Shown here one piece after another: positions 48,625 through 58,047 of a DNA stretch of 64,000 nucleotides (its first letter is position 1; every line of letters starts with the position of its first letter). The translations under genes and the position numbers were made by a program. The stretch is from contig CAWDXC010000009.1 in assembly GCA_963806155.1 (NCBI GenBank), forward strand, positions 120,726-184,725. Reading direction: 5' to 3'. The notes under the pieces were generated by a model, which was given only the letters and a program-made list of their open reading frames with translations, made no database searches and was not told the DNA's origin. This DNA is from an uncultured Actinomycetes bacterium (GTDB taxonomy: Bacteria > Actinomycetota > Thermoleophilia > RBG-16-64-13).

Positions 48625-49956
48625 TCAGGGAGCGAGACCGACCTCCTGGCGTACGGTATGCGTTATGGCCGTACGCGAGCGTGCCCCGACCTTGGCCGCG
48701 ATGCTATGCATGTGCTTCTTCACCGTGCACTCGGCGATGAACAGCGCGTGGGCGATCTCCTTGTTGGTCCCACCGGCCATCACCCGGTCGAGTACTTCGA
48801 TCTCCCGATCGGTAAGAGCAAAACGCTCCTTCAGCGGCTCGTTCCACCGCCGCGCGACCCGGTCGCGGGGTTCGAGAGTGATGAGCAGGCCCGGATTCCC
48901 CTGATCGAGGGTGACCGCGCGAGAACTGACACCAACGTTGCAGCTTTCGGCGAGCAGATCGGGGTTGCTCAGCGCATGTCCAACGAACGAAGCCGCCCCC
49001 ATCTCAGGCGAAGAGCCGAAGGGACGAGTCGCCCCCTGGGACGGCGACCATGCCCGGTCGCCGATCCCCTCGACCAGCAGGGGAATACCATCGACCTGCC
49101 CGAGGGGTGAGCAGAGGTCGCGGGCGATCTCGTTGCAATAGAGCACCCGTCCGCGCGTGTCGCACACGATCACGCCTTTGTCTTCGGCCGTCTGCAGCAC
49201 GGAAGCGACGCTTGCGGAAACGATCTTCTCGAGATGATTGCCCACGAAGGGGGCGATCATCTCCATGATGGCTGCTTCCTCGGCAGAAAAAGGATCCCGC
49301 TGCCGCGCGCGGTGGAGACAGAGCGCCCCGCGCGCCAGCGGAGTGGACGACATGAACGCGACAAGGTCGTAATAGATCCCGCCGCTCCTCCAGAAATCGT
49401 TGTAGAACTCGGTGGAGAGCCAGCTACTGTAGTCTACGACCTCCCTGAGGTCGAACACGGTGGGGATAGCAGGACGGTAAGGTGAAAAGCTGCCGCCTTT
49501 GATGAAATCGGCCAACCGCGTCGGGTCGAGGTCGCAGTAGTAGTCGGCGTAGAGCTTCGGGAAGGCCGGATCCTGATTATGGACGACGAACTCCAACTCT
49601 CTGGTGAGCGGGTTGCACAGGATAAGAGCGGCCTGCTCGGCCTGAAGCTCGCCAGAGATGCACTCGAGGAGCCGGCCACAGCCTTCCATGTCGGCGGTGG
49701 ATGTGCTGATCTCCTGGAGGGTGCTGAGTATGCCCGCGCAACGCTCGGGACTTACCGCGGTCGCTCGTGCGGTCTTTGGTTGGGCGAGCGGGGAAGATCC
49801 GGGGTCGCGACCGCTGGGGCCGGAATCGCCGTGATGCACGTTCGGGGTCGACGCTGAGGGCGCCGAGCGCTTAGCTCGATGCGAGGGCCCGCGTGAAATC
49901 GGTCGCTTGCCCGGATGGGTGATCCCGTACAGACCTGTCGTCGGCACGTCGGCCAT
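48625..49956 (-). CDS. LuxR-family regulator with an N-terminal GAF-like sensor
   Basis: C-terminal LTDREIEVL.....G.TNKEIA..LFI...TVKKH...I..K; GAF-like Y.D.Y..LDP...HR....FS.EE. Confidence 0.9.
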   Translation of the reverse strand: MADVPTTGLYGITHPGKRPISRGPSHRAKRSAPSASTPNVHHGDSGPSGRDPGSSPLAQPKTARATAVSPERCAGILSTLQEISTSTADMEGCGRLLECISGELQAEQAALILCNPLTRELEFVVHNQDPAFPKLYADYYCDLDPTRLADFIKGGSFSPYRPAIPTVFDLREVVDYSSWLSTEFYNDFWRSGGIYYDLVAFMSSTPLARGALCLHRARQRDPFSAEEAAIMEMIAPFVGNHLEKIVSASVASVLQTAEDKGVIVCDTRGRVLYCNEIARDLCSPLGQVDGIPLLVEGIGDRAWSPSQGATRPFGSSPEMGAASFVGHALSNPDLLAESCNVGVSSRAVTLDQGNPGLLITLEPRDRVARRWNEPLKERFALTDREIEVLDRVMAGGTNKEIAHALFIAECTVKKHMHSIAAKVGARSRTAITHTVRQEVGLAP

Positions 49957-50275
49957 TGCACCCCACAGCCCGGTAGCCTCGGCTAGAGAACAATCATCTA
50001 GAAGGCGCCTAGCGGTCCAGCCCCCCGTTCCACCGCCAAGGGCATCATCGTTGCAGACGTAGACCAAACAGTCAAGGAAGCCAAGAACTCCTGGGCCCTG
50101 CCTGAGGGGCACGTGCGCTGATTTCCTGCCGTGCTTTCACGTTCCTGCGACACGAAGTCGCACCCATACCGGTATACTGGCTTGCCGAATCACGAAGCTT
50201 TCTTCCGCTCGGCGTCCGCGCCCGGCGGCGGCATCTGGACCGAGCATATCAAGCAAGCGCGACAGGGGGTAACGC

Positions 50276-51433
50276 GTGCGTACCTTACGGAACGTATTCC
50301 GGCGGAAGCTAAGGGTGCTGCTTACCATCTTTGGGATAACCATCGGCGTGCTGGCGCTCGTGGTCATGGGAAGCATGGCCGAGAAGATCAACCTCCTCGT
50401 CTCGGGCGGCGTCCGCTACTACTCCGACAAGGTGATCGTGGCGGCCGAGGGCTCCAACATGATGTCCAGCGGCGTGCTCTCCTACAGCAAGCTGGACGAG
50501 ATCAGGGCCGTGCCCGGGGTGGCCGAAGTCCAGGGCGAGGTCGCCACCCTGCTCGATACCGAGGCCTCCATCTCGTTCGGCATGCCCTCTATTATCGGCG
50601 GTAGCGACATGCGCGGCGTGGACTACGAGAGCTTCAAGATCGACTACTCGGAGGGGCGCGACCTGCGCCCGGACGAGACCGGCTCGGTCGTGGTGGGATC
50701 TGATCTGGTCAAGAAGCTCGGGGCCAAGGTGGGCGAGTATGTGACCGTACGGGGTGAACAGTTCCTGGTCGTGGGGATAATGGACAAGACCCTGACCGCT
50801 CCGGACAACTCCGTCTACACAAGCCTTGCCGACGCCCAGCGGATCTTCGCAAGCGACCTCCCAGAGATCGTGAGAGATCAGGTCGACCCGGCGGATCTGG
50901 TCACCGACTTCGTCGCCTATCCCACGCCGGGCACCGATCCCGAGGAATTGGCCGTGGCCATCAACCAGGCAGTCGAGGGGGTGCAGGCCTCCGGCCCGAG
51001 CTTCTTCCAGGACCAGATCGCGAGCGCCACGCAGATCTTCAACGCCATCCTTTACGGGATCGCGATCATCGCCCTCTTCGTGGGCGGGCTTTCGGTCATC
51101 AACACCATGACCATGTCGGTTAACGAGCGCACCCGCGAGATCGGGGTGCGCAAAGCCATCGGCGCCTCCGACGGCCAGATCGTGCGGCAGTTCCTGACCG
51201 AGGCTGGGGTTATCGGCCTGATCGGCGGGATCTCCGGCTTGTTCCTCGGTTGGATCGCGGCCGTCGTGGCCAACGCGCTGCTCGAGTCGTCGAACCTGAA
51301 CCTCTTCCTGGTCACCCCGAGGCTGGCCATCGGAGCGGTCGTATTCGCCGTCGTCCTGGGCCTGGTGAGCGGGCTCTATCCTTCCCTGCACGCAGCCCGG
51401 CTGGAGCCGGTCGTCGCCCTCCGGTACGAATAG
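50276..51433 (+). CDS. MacB/FtsX-type ABC transporter permease, copy 2 (intact)
   Basis: First 38 aa identical to copy 1; same motifs; ends LRYE*. Confidence 0.93.
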   Translation: MRTLRNVFRRKLRVLLTIFGITIGVLALVVMGSMAEKINLLVSGGVRYYSDKVIVAAEGSNMMSSGVLSYSKLDEIRAVPGVAEVQGEVATLLDTEASISFGMPSIIGGSDMRGVDYESFKIDYSEGRDLRPDETGSVVVGSDLVKKLGAKVGEYVTVRGEQFLVVGIMDKTLTAPDNSVYTSLADAQRIFASDLPEIVRDQVDPADLVTDFVAYPTPGTDPEELAVAINQAVEGVQASGPSFFQDQIASATQIFNAILYGIAIIALFVGGLSVINTMTMSVNERTREIGVRKAIGASDGQIVRQFLTEAGVIGLIGGISGLFLGWIAAVVANALLESSNLNLFLVTPRLAIGAVVFAVVLGLVSGLYPSLHAARLEPVVALRYE

Positions 51434-51439
51434 GAGCTC

Positions 51440-52126
51440 GTGATGCCAAGCGTCATCAAAGGAATAGACATCCACAAGCGCTACGTCATGGGCAAGGACA
51501 ACTTCGTCGATGCCCTTCGGGGAGCGTCGCTCGAGGTCGAAGAGGGCGAGATGATGGGGATCATGGGCCCGTCTGGCTCCGGGAAGTCGACGCTGCTCCA
51601 CATCCTCGGCTGCCTCGATACCCTGAACTCAGGGGAGGTCTGGCTGGCCGAGCGCCGGGTGGACAAGCTCAACCGGCGCGATCTTGCCCTGCTGAGACGG
51701 AACGAGGTGGGGTTCATCTTCCAGACTTACAACCTGGTGCCCAGCCTGACTGCCATCGAGAACGTCATGTTGGCCGCGGAGTACGCCGGGAAAGGGAGGC
51801 ACGAAGCCCGCGAAGCGGCGCAGAGCGCCCTCGCTCATGTGGGGCTCGCCGATCGTGAGCGGCATCGGCCCACCGAGCTTTCCGGAGGTCAGCAGCAGCG
51901 GGTGGCCATCGCCCGAGCCCTGGTCAACGGTCCCAAAGTCATCTTCGGGGACGAGCCCACCGGCAACCTGGATTCAGCCAGTTCGGCCGAGGTTGTGGCT
52001 ATGCTGCACGGCATCAACCGCAACACAGGCACGACGTTTGTGATGGTCACGCACGACCCGGGAGTGGCGGAGACCTGCGACCGCGTGCTCCACATGTTGG
52101 ACGGGCTGGTGACAAACTCCCACTGA
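51440..52126 (+). CDS. ABC ATP-binding protein, copy 2 (intact)
   Basis: GPSGSGKST, LSGGQQQR and DEPTGNLD. Confidence 0.95.
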   Translation: MMPSVIKGIDIHKRYVMGKDNFVDALRGASLEVEEGEMMGIMGPSGSGKSTLLHILGCLDTLNSGEVWLAERRVDKLNRRDLALLRRNEVGFIFQTYNLVPSLTAIENVMLAAEYAGKGRHEAREAAQSALAHVGLADRERHRPTELSGGQQQRVAIARALVNGPKVIFGDEPTGNLDSASSAEVVAMLHGINRNTGTTFVMVTHDPGVAETCDRVLHMLDGLVTNSH

Positions 52127-52219
52127 GCAGCCAGGGCGCGACGGCGCCCCGTTGGCGGTCCCCGCTGCGTGCGGGGGTACCGGACTACTTTTGGGGGCTC
52201 ACTCTGTGTGGCGCGGAGC

Positions 52220-53077
52220 CTATGCCGTCCAGGTATAGGCGACGATCGGATTGTCCTCCACCCAGGCTTCCATGGACCCATCGTAGATCTTGACGTTCGC
52301 GTATCCCAGGATCTGCGTGAGTAGGAACCACCAGGTGCTCGCGTATCCACCGACGCCGCAGTAGGTGATGACCTCCTGGTCTTTGTCCGGCCCTATGACG
52401 CCGGTCGCCATCTGCTCCAAGAGCTTGGCCGGCCTGTACGTGCCGTCTCGTTCCCACACCCAGATCAGAGGCAGATTCCGAGCCGTCGGTATGTGTCCCC
52501 TCATGTCGGCGAAGGGATCCACGGACACCCCGAAATACTGGTCGGGGTCTCGCGCGTCGACGATCACGGATAGGCCGATGTGATCCTTCACGTATTCGGT
52601 CGACACGAACATGTCGCCAGCCACGGCGCTGCTGTAGGCGACGGGCGTGATCTGGGGAACGTCGTTCGTCGTCACCCTATCCTCTTCGGCCCACTTCGGA
52701 TGCCCACCGGCCAGGACCGCGACGTTCTTTATTCCGGCGTAGATCAGGGTGACGGCGACCCTAACGGCGTCCGCCAACGGGTACGGTGGAGCCGGTGGCT
52801 CTTCCACCCTGCCGACTATGACCACTTTGGACTCCGCCATCAGCCCGCAGTCGCCGATCACCTTGAGTAAGTCGGGGTTAGGAGGCAGCTCCAGGATCAG
52901 CTTGTCGTCGGAGTCCGCCCAGGCCGAGACCACGGCGAACGGGACCGAGATAGCGCCCGGGATGTGGCCGGCCTCGTACTCCTCCTCCCACCTGATATCG
53001 ATGATCGCCACCCCCCCACCGGGCAGTTGGCCTTCGAGCCAGTCGGTGGAGACGATCGGGTCGATAGATCGTGCCAT
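52220..53077 (-). CDS. Two-domain rhodanese/sulfurtransferase
   Basis: VST.WL, GHIPGA, DAR....Y.G, GHIP.A, active site YCGVGGYA and YDGS..W. Confidence 0.92.
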   Translation of the reverse strand: MARSIDPIVSTDWLEGQLPGGGVAIIDIRWEEEYEAGHIPGAISVPFAVVSAWADSDDKLILELPPNPDLLKVIGDCGLMAESKVVIVGRVEEPPAPPYPLADAVRVAVTLIYAGIKNVAVLAGGHPKWAEEDRVTTNDVPQITPVAYSSAVAGDMFVSTEYVKDHIGLSVIVDARDPDQYFGVSVDPFADMRGHIPTARNLPLIWVWERDGTYRPAKLLEQMATGVIGPDKDQEVITYCGVGGYASTWWFLLTQILGYANVKIYDGSMEAWVEDNPIVAYTWTA

Positions 53078-53171
53078 CTTCGCAAACCCCCTCGAGTGAT
53101 GAGTTGCACTGAACGGCTTCAATCCTGGAGTCTGACAGTGGTGTCATCGTACCTCCTCCGAGGAGGAGTCC

Positions 53172-53303
53172 GTGCGACGGTCACTGGCCGCGATGGACCA
53201 GCTCGCCGAACTACGGCGGGGTATCGACCGGAAGCACGGCCGGCTGACCTCTTCACTCCTCGACGACTTGAGGGAGGAGCGGGACGCGGAGGTTTCCCCA
53301 TGA
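53172..53303 (+). pseudogene. C-terminal remnant (or mini version) of an antitoxin
   Basis: (M)RRSLAAMDQLAELRRGIDRKHGRLTSSLLDDLREERDAEVSP* overlaps the vapC ATG; in-frame stop about 40 nt upstream; no DNA-binding domain. Confidence 0.5.
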
Positions 53304-53722
53304 TCGTGGTCGACGCCGGAATCGTCCGAGCGCTGGTTCTGCCGCTTCCATTCTCCGACCAAGCGGCCGCGAGGATCCGCTCGCTGCGCGAGGAACGAGA
53401 AGAACTCTACGCCCCAGCCTTGCTGGCGTACGAAGTATGCTCTGCGCTCCGGCGGGCGGTCGCCCGCGAGATCCTCGATCCGGATGAAGCCGGAGCTGCT
53501 CTGGATCTGATCGACGCCGTTCGCATCCACCTCATCACAGCCGCTACGTCCCTCCACTCGCGCGCTTTCTCGTGGGCAGCTCGCCTTGGGCACACCAAGG
53601 CCTACGACGCACACTACCTCGCCCTGGCGGAGGAGATGGGCTGTCCGCTTCTTACATCCGACCTTCGCCTGGTCCGGGCAGCTCGCAGCCTAGGCGCCAT
53701 CTGGGTCGAAGCGGTCGAGTAG
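53300..53722 (+). CDS. vapC: PIN-domain VapC toxin
   Basis: MIVVDA, AP.L..YEV.S.LRR, AYDA.YLALAE and T.D.RL. Confidence 0.9.
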   Translation: MIVVDAGIVRALVLPLPFSDQAAARIRSLREEREELYAPALLAYEVCSALRRAVAREILDPDEAGAALDLIDAVRIHLITAATSLHSRAFSWAARLGHTKAYDAHYLALAEEMGCPLLTSDLRLVRAARSLGAIWVEAVE

Positions 53723-53738
53723 TCGCGACTCCTGAGCG

Positions 53739-54590
53739 TCACTCTCCCGCGTAGACGTCCAGCCAGGTGACGTTCGGCAGTTCGGCCAACTTTGTGTGGA
53801 TGAGATGCGTATAGGCGCCGATCGTGCTGTGCACTCGTTCGCCCTCCACCCTGGCGAAGAGCTCGGCCACGCAGTTCCCCTGGAAGAAGTTGAAGAGGAA
53901 GGTCATCTGCGCGGTGAGGATCCCCTCGTTCCAGTAGAGCAGATAGACACCGTCGGCGATCTTGAAGGCGTGGTACTCCTCGGTGTCGGCCTGCCCCGCC
54001 TGGGGCCCCCTGACACCCATCCAGGTCTCGTAGACCCCGGTCAGATAGATGTGCTCGTAGGCGACGTTGTGCGCGTAGGTGTTCAGGAAGCGGGTGCCAC
54101 CCAGAGAGAAGGGCGGATGATAGGCCACCGGGCCATCCGGGGCGATCTCCTCGACCCGCGCGCCCTCGACAGTGGAGATGATCCCCTCGTCGGTCATCTC
54201 CCCCATGACGATGGTGGCCACACCTTTGACGAGATCCAGGGCCATCGCGACCGACCCGGTCTCGCTCGCCAGGTAGGAGACGAAGAAGATGTCGGGCGCG
54301 AGCTCGAACGCTTCGTATGGAACGGTGAAGCGGCCGGCCGCCTTGGCGCCGGCCTCGCTCTCGGCGCCGCCCAAGGCCGCTACCTCCACTTCCTTCTCGG
54401 CGAAGACGTGCCGCGACCGGTCCGGCTTGTCGCGCAGGGCGAGGGTGAGAGTCTTGCCCGCAAGACCGTACGAGTGCGGCGGACGGTTCTCGGCGTAGTC
54501 GAACTCGGGCTTCTCAGAGATGTTCTGCTTCAAAAAGGCCGAGCCCTGGGACTCGAAGTTCTGACGGTCGTGTGCACCTTGCTCTGTCAT
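53739..54590 (-). CDS. moaF: MoaF-family protein
   Basis: Two-domain MoaF pattern: E..PDIFF..Y, YEHIYL, W....G...G.AD and IA..VYL..W.E. Confidence 0.7.
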   Translation of the reverse strand: MTEQGAHDRQNFESQGSAFLKQNISEKPEFDYAENRPPHSYGLAGKTLTLALRDKPDRSRHVFAEKEVEVAALGGAESEAGAKAAGRFTVPYEAFELAPDIFFVSYLASETGSVAMALDLVKGVATIVMGEMTDEGIISTVEGARVEEIAPDGPVAYHPPFSLGGTRFLNTYAHNVAYEHIYLTGVYETWMGVRGPQAGQADTEEYHAFKIADGVYLLYWNEGILTAQMTFLFNFFQGNCVAELFARVEGERVHSTIGAYTHLIHTKLAELPNVTWLDVYAGE

Positions 54591-54616
54591 GGCGGTGATC
54601 CTTTCTTGGTTGATTG

Positions 54617-54692
54617 CGGCTCCCCCGTGCGGTCCCGGCTCCCCCGGGCGGTCCCGGCTCCCCCGTGCGGTTGCGGCTAGCCTGTGCGGCTA
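54617..54692 (+). repeat. 19-bp tandem repeat (three copies plus one degenerate) between tatD-like and moaF-like genes
   Basis: CGGCTCCCCCG(T/G)GCGGTCC at 54617, 54636 and 54655; degenerate copy at 54674. Confidence 0.85.
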
Positions 54693-54733
54693 CGCGTCTG
54701 TGTCTGGTTGCGGCTCTGAGTGCCGTCCGGCCC

Positions 54734-55528
54734 CTATGCCGGCGGTAGGTGGAACAGCCTCCTGGGGTTCTCCCAGGTCACCCTCTCGATCTCGCTCACC
54801 GGCAGGCCGTCCTTCTTCATGCACCAGGCGGCCTTCACCACCGAGAGGTGGCCGGCGCCCCCGTAGCCGAGCTCCGACCCGATGATGATCTTGTCCCTGT
54901 CATCCGGGTTCTGCTCGACGACCTCCGCGGCTTCCTCGGCGGTCAGCTTGTCGTAGCAGATGCTGAGCCCGGTCACGCAACCCGACTTCAGCCGCTCGGG
55001 GATGGTGTTCTTGCCGCTGTGATCGAGAACCGCCTTCTCCAGGGGGAACTTCTCTTCCTTCAGCACGTTGATGATCTGCGTCGTGACGTCAGGCGTCTGC
55101 GGCTCGCGCGGCGTGGGCGTGTGGACGATGATGGGCATGTTCGCGTCCTTGGCCATCGCCAGCTGCGCCCGGAGCAGATAGAGCTCGTGGTCGTTGCCGG
55201 TGTCGAGCCCGATCTCGCCCACGCAGACCACCCGGTCTTCCTTGAGATACTCGGGCATCTTGTTGAGGCACTCCTCCCACTTCTCGGCGGCGATGCCGTA
55301 GAAGGGCACGGCGATCCCCACGTACACCTCGATCCCCATCGAGGCCACGTACTTGACGATGTAGTCGAGGGTCTTCTCCCACAGCTCGAAGAGCGACTCG
55401 GGATAGAACAGCCCCTTCATCAGATGCGGGGACGGAACCATGGCCGCCTCCACCCCGCCCCAGGCCATCCGGAGGATGTCTTCTCCGCCTATCAGGTCCA
55501 GGTGCACGTGCGAGTCGAACAGTCTCAT
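54734..55528 (-). CDS. TatD-related metal-dependent hydrolase
   Basis: DSHVH, VGEIGLD, I.VHTP, LDH and SE motifs. Confidence 0.85.
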   Translation of the reverse strand: MRLFDSHVHLDLIGGEDILRMAWGGVEAAMVPSPHLMKGLFYPESLFELWEKTLDYIVKYVASMGIEVYVGIAVPFYGIAAEKWEECLNKMPEYLKEDRVVCVGEIGLDTGNDHELYLLRAQLAMAKDANMPIIVHTPTPREPQTPDVTTQIINVLKEEKFPLEKAVLDHSGKNTIPERLKSGCVTGLSICYDKLTAEEAAEVVEQNPDDRDKIIIGSELGYGGAGHLSVVKAAWCMKKDGLPVSEIERVTWENPRRLFHLPPA

Positions 55529-55531
55529 GTC

Positions 55532-58047
55532 TCATCCTTCCCATTTGGCGACTTCGACCAGTGTGGAGTTGGGGGCGACCCCCGCCACGTTCTTGGAGAG
55601 CGCCCTGTCGGTGGCCAACAGGTTGACGCATCCGGCCCGGTCCACACTGTCGGGGTTACCGGGCTCGAGGGGGTCATACTTGGCCGAGGCCTCGAAGGCA
55701 TGCAGCGTACCCGGTCTCACCCGGTGAGTCACGTGCGCGCCGCATAGTACCTCGGGCCCGGTCGTTGAAGAGGCGGATGACGTCGCCTTCCTTGATACCC
55801 CGAGCCGCCGCGTCGTCCGGGTGGATGCGGCAGGTCAGGTAGTAGTAGCCGTCGATCAGCATGCGGTGGCCGGGAATGTCCCAGATCCACTCGGTGTGGT
55901 CGTACATGGTGTGGAACGAGAACCGGGGGTGGGGCGAGATCAGCTGAAGCGGGTACCTAGATGTCAACTCGGCGGTCTCGTGGCCTTCCCAGCTGGGGAT
56001 GTACCGCGGCACCAGCGGCCGTTCGGAATGGTCTTGGCTGAGCGCCCTCAGACTCACCGATTCGAACTCGATCTTGCCGCTGTGGGTGCCGAGCTCCTTC
56101 CCCTTGTCGGTACCCCGCTTGGGATTGCCGAGGTCGGGCGTGTCGCATTCGCGACCCTCGGCGAACCACCGCAAAGCTGGAGTAGAGGTTCGCTTCGGAA
56201 TCGGCACAAGGTAGTAGCCCTTCTCCTTGAACTCCTCCCAGGACGACCATCTTGTGAAGGTCGGACCAGTCGTAGTACTTCCTGATCCATTCCTCTTCGC
56301 TGCGGCCCTCGGTGTACTCCTGCTCCATGCCCAGGCGCGCCGCAAGCTGGGAGTAGATCCAGTAGTCGGGCTTCGATTCCCAGAGCGGTTCGACGCACTT
56401 CTTCATGTAGACGATGACCCGGCGGATGTTGCCGCTGAAGGTGTCGGGGCTCATCCAGCCGCAGTTGCCGAACTCGCCGATATCATCCCGCTCGAAGTTG
56501 GTGCAGGCCGGCAGGATGACGTCGGCGAACCGGGTCTCGCCGCACCACCAGCAGTCCTGGTTGACCATGAACTCGAGCTTGGGGCTCTGGTAGGCCCGGA
56601 CCCACTTGCCCCCGGCCGGCAGGGTGCCGATGAACGAGCCCCCGTGCCGGTAGAACATCCTGATCTCCGAGTGGCCCGGCAGGGGGTACTCGTAGGGGAT
56701 GAACTGCTGCTCCAGCGACTTGCTGTTGAAACCTTCACCCAGCCATTTGACCGGAGGATTCAGGATGCTGTCCGGGAAGTGGGTGCGGTAGACGCGCTGC
56801 TTGACCGGGTTGACGAAGATGTTGTCCCCGACCTGCTGCATCCCGCCGTTCTCGAAGCCGGGGAACCGGAATTCGAAGTTCGACGGCGCGCCCATGGTCG
56901 CTCCCCAGATGTTGACGCCCGGCTTTGCCCAGGCCCTGCATGGCTCTGAAGCAGGACCATCAGCCGGGCCCATTCGTGGCCGTAGGCTTCACGGCAGGCG
57001 CCGCCCATGCCGCCGCGCATGCCGGTAGGAGAGGGTGGTGCGCTTCGACGCCCATTCTCGGGCGAGCGCCCAAATGACCCGGGCCGGGATGTCGCATTTC
57101 TCCGCGGCCCAGTCGGGGGTGCGCAGGAACGCCGTCGTTCTCGCCGAGGATGCTCTTCTGGAACTCCTCGAAGCCGACCGTGCGGTCGGCGACGTACTCC
57201 TTGTCGTAGGTCCCCTCGGTGAGCCAGACGTAGGCGATGGCTTCGGCCAGGGCGGCGTCGGTGCCGGGCCGCGGGGCGATCCATTTGTCGTTCATGATGC
57301 CGGCGGTGTAGTTGCAGTGAGGGTCGATGAAGATCATCTCTTATCCCCAGCTGCTTCAGCCACACGCGCCACTCGGCCGAATCCTGGCCGCTGTAGGCTC
57401 CGCGGTTGGTGTCGGGATCGCTCGACCAGAAGACGAGCAACTCGGTGTTCTGCATCACGTCTTCGAGCAGGTCGAACTGCTCGGGAGGCCCCATCCGCCA
57501 GTAGAAGCCCCATACGTGGCAAGAGCCCCAGAGCCAGCCCTCCCAGCTATCGGGATTGTCGAAGTAGTCGGTGGACCCGATCATCTTGAAGAAGCGGTTG
57601 AGAGTGCTGCGGTGTGTCCCCATGCTGCCCGCGTTGTGGTGGGAGGAGCTCATGTAGGCGACGGCCTCGGGGCCGTACTGGGCGCGGATGCGCTTCAGCT
57701 CGCTGCCGACGATGTCGAGGGCTTCGTCCCAGCCGATGCGTACGTAGCCCGACTTGCCGCGGTTCTCGGGATGGCGCTCGCCGTTGGGGTCGAAGTCGAC
57801 GCGCCGCATCGGGTACTTGATCCGGTCGTCGGCGTAGGTCCGAGCCTTCTCGGTCATGCCGTACGGGGCGACCGTGTCCTTGCGCAGAGGGGCTGAACTC
57901 CTGGCCGTGAGCTTCGAGAGTCCAGGTGGGGACCTCTTCGTCGTCGGCGAAGACGAGCGGCCGCACGCGGATGATCTTGTCGTCCTCCACGTGGACGAGG
58001 ACCGGGCCGCCACCGTGGCCGATGTTGGTGCAGATCTTCTCGGCCAT
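55532..58047 (-). CDS. athL: Molybdopterin (DMSO-reductase family) catalytic subunit similar to pyrogallol transhydroxylase AthL; at least six apparent frameshifts
   Basis: GGPV.V.V....IIR, RI.YPM.R..FDPNGER, SSHH, NPDSWEGW, PEQ.DLLED, FWSSDP.TN, FAD.ILPACTNFER.DI.EF.NC, SPHPRFS.HT and N..LVE..KW.G; no Tat signal. Confidence 0.85.

Noticed and set aside
54617-54692. CRISPR-like array
   Set aside because: Repeats are directly adjacent with no unique spacers, and there are no cas genes. No CRISPR array was seen anywhere in the window.
55532-58047. Selenocysteine recoding or programmed frameshifting in the Mo enzyme
   Set aside because: The ligand position is Ser (PDSW), there is no in-frame TGA at a conserved Cys, and the many scattered shifts look like errors.
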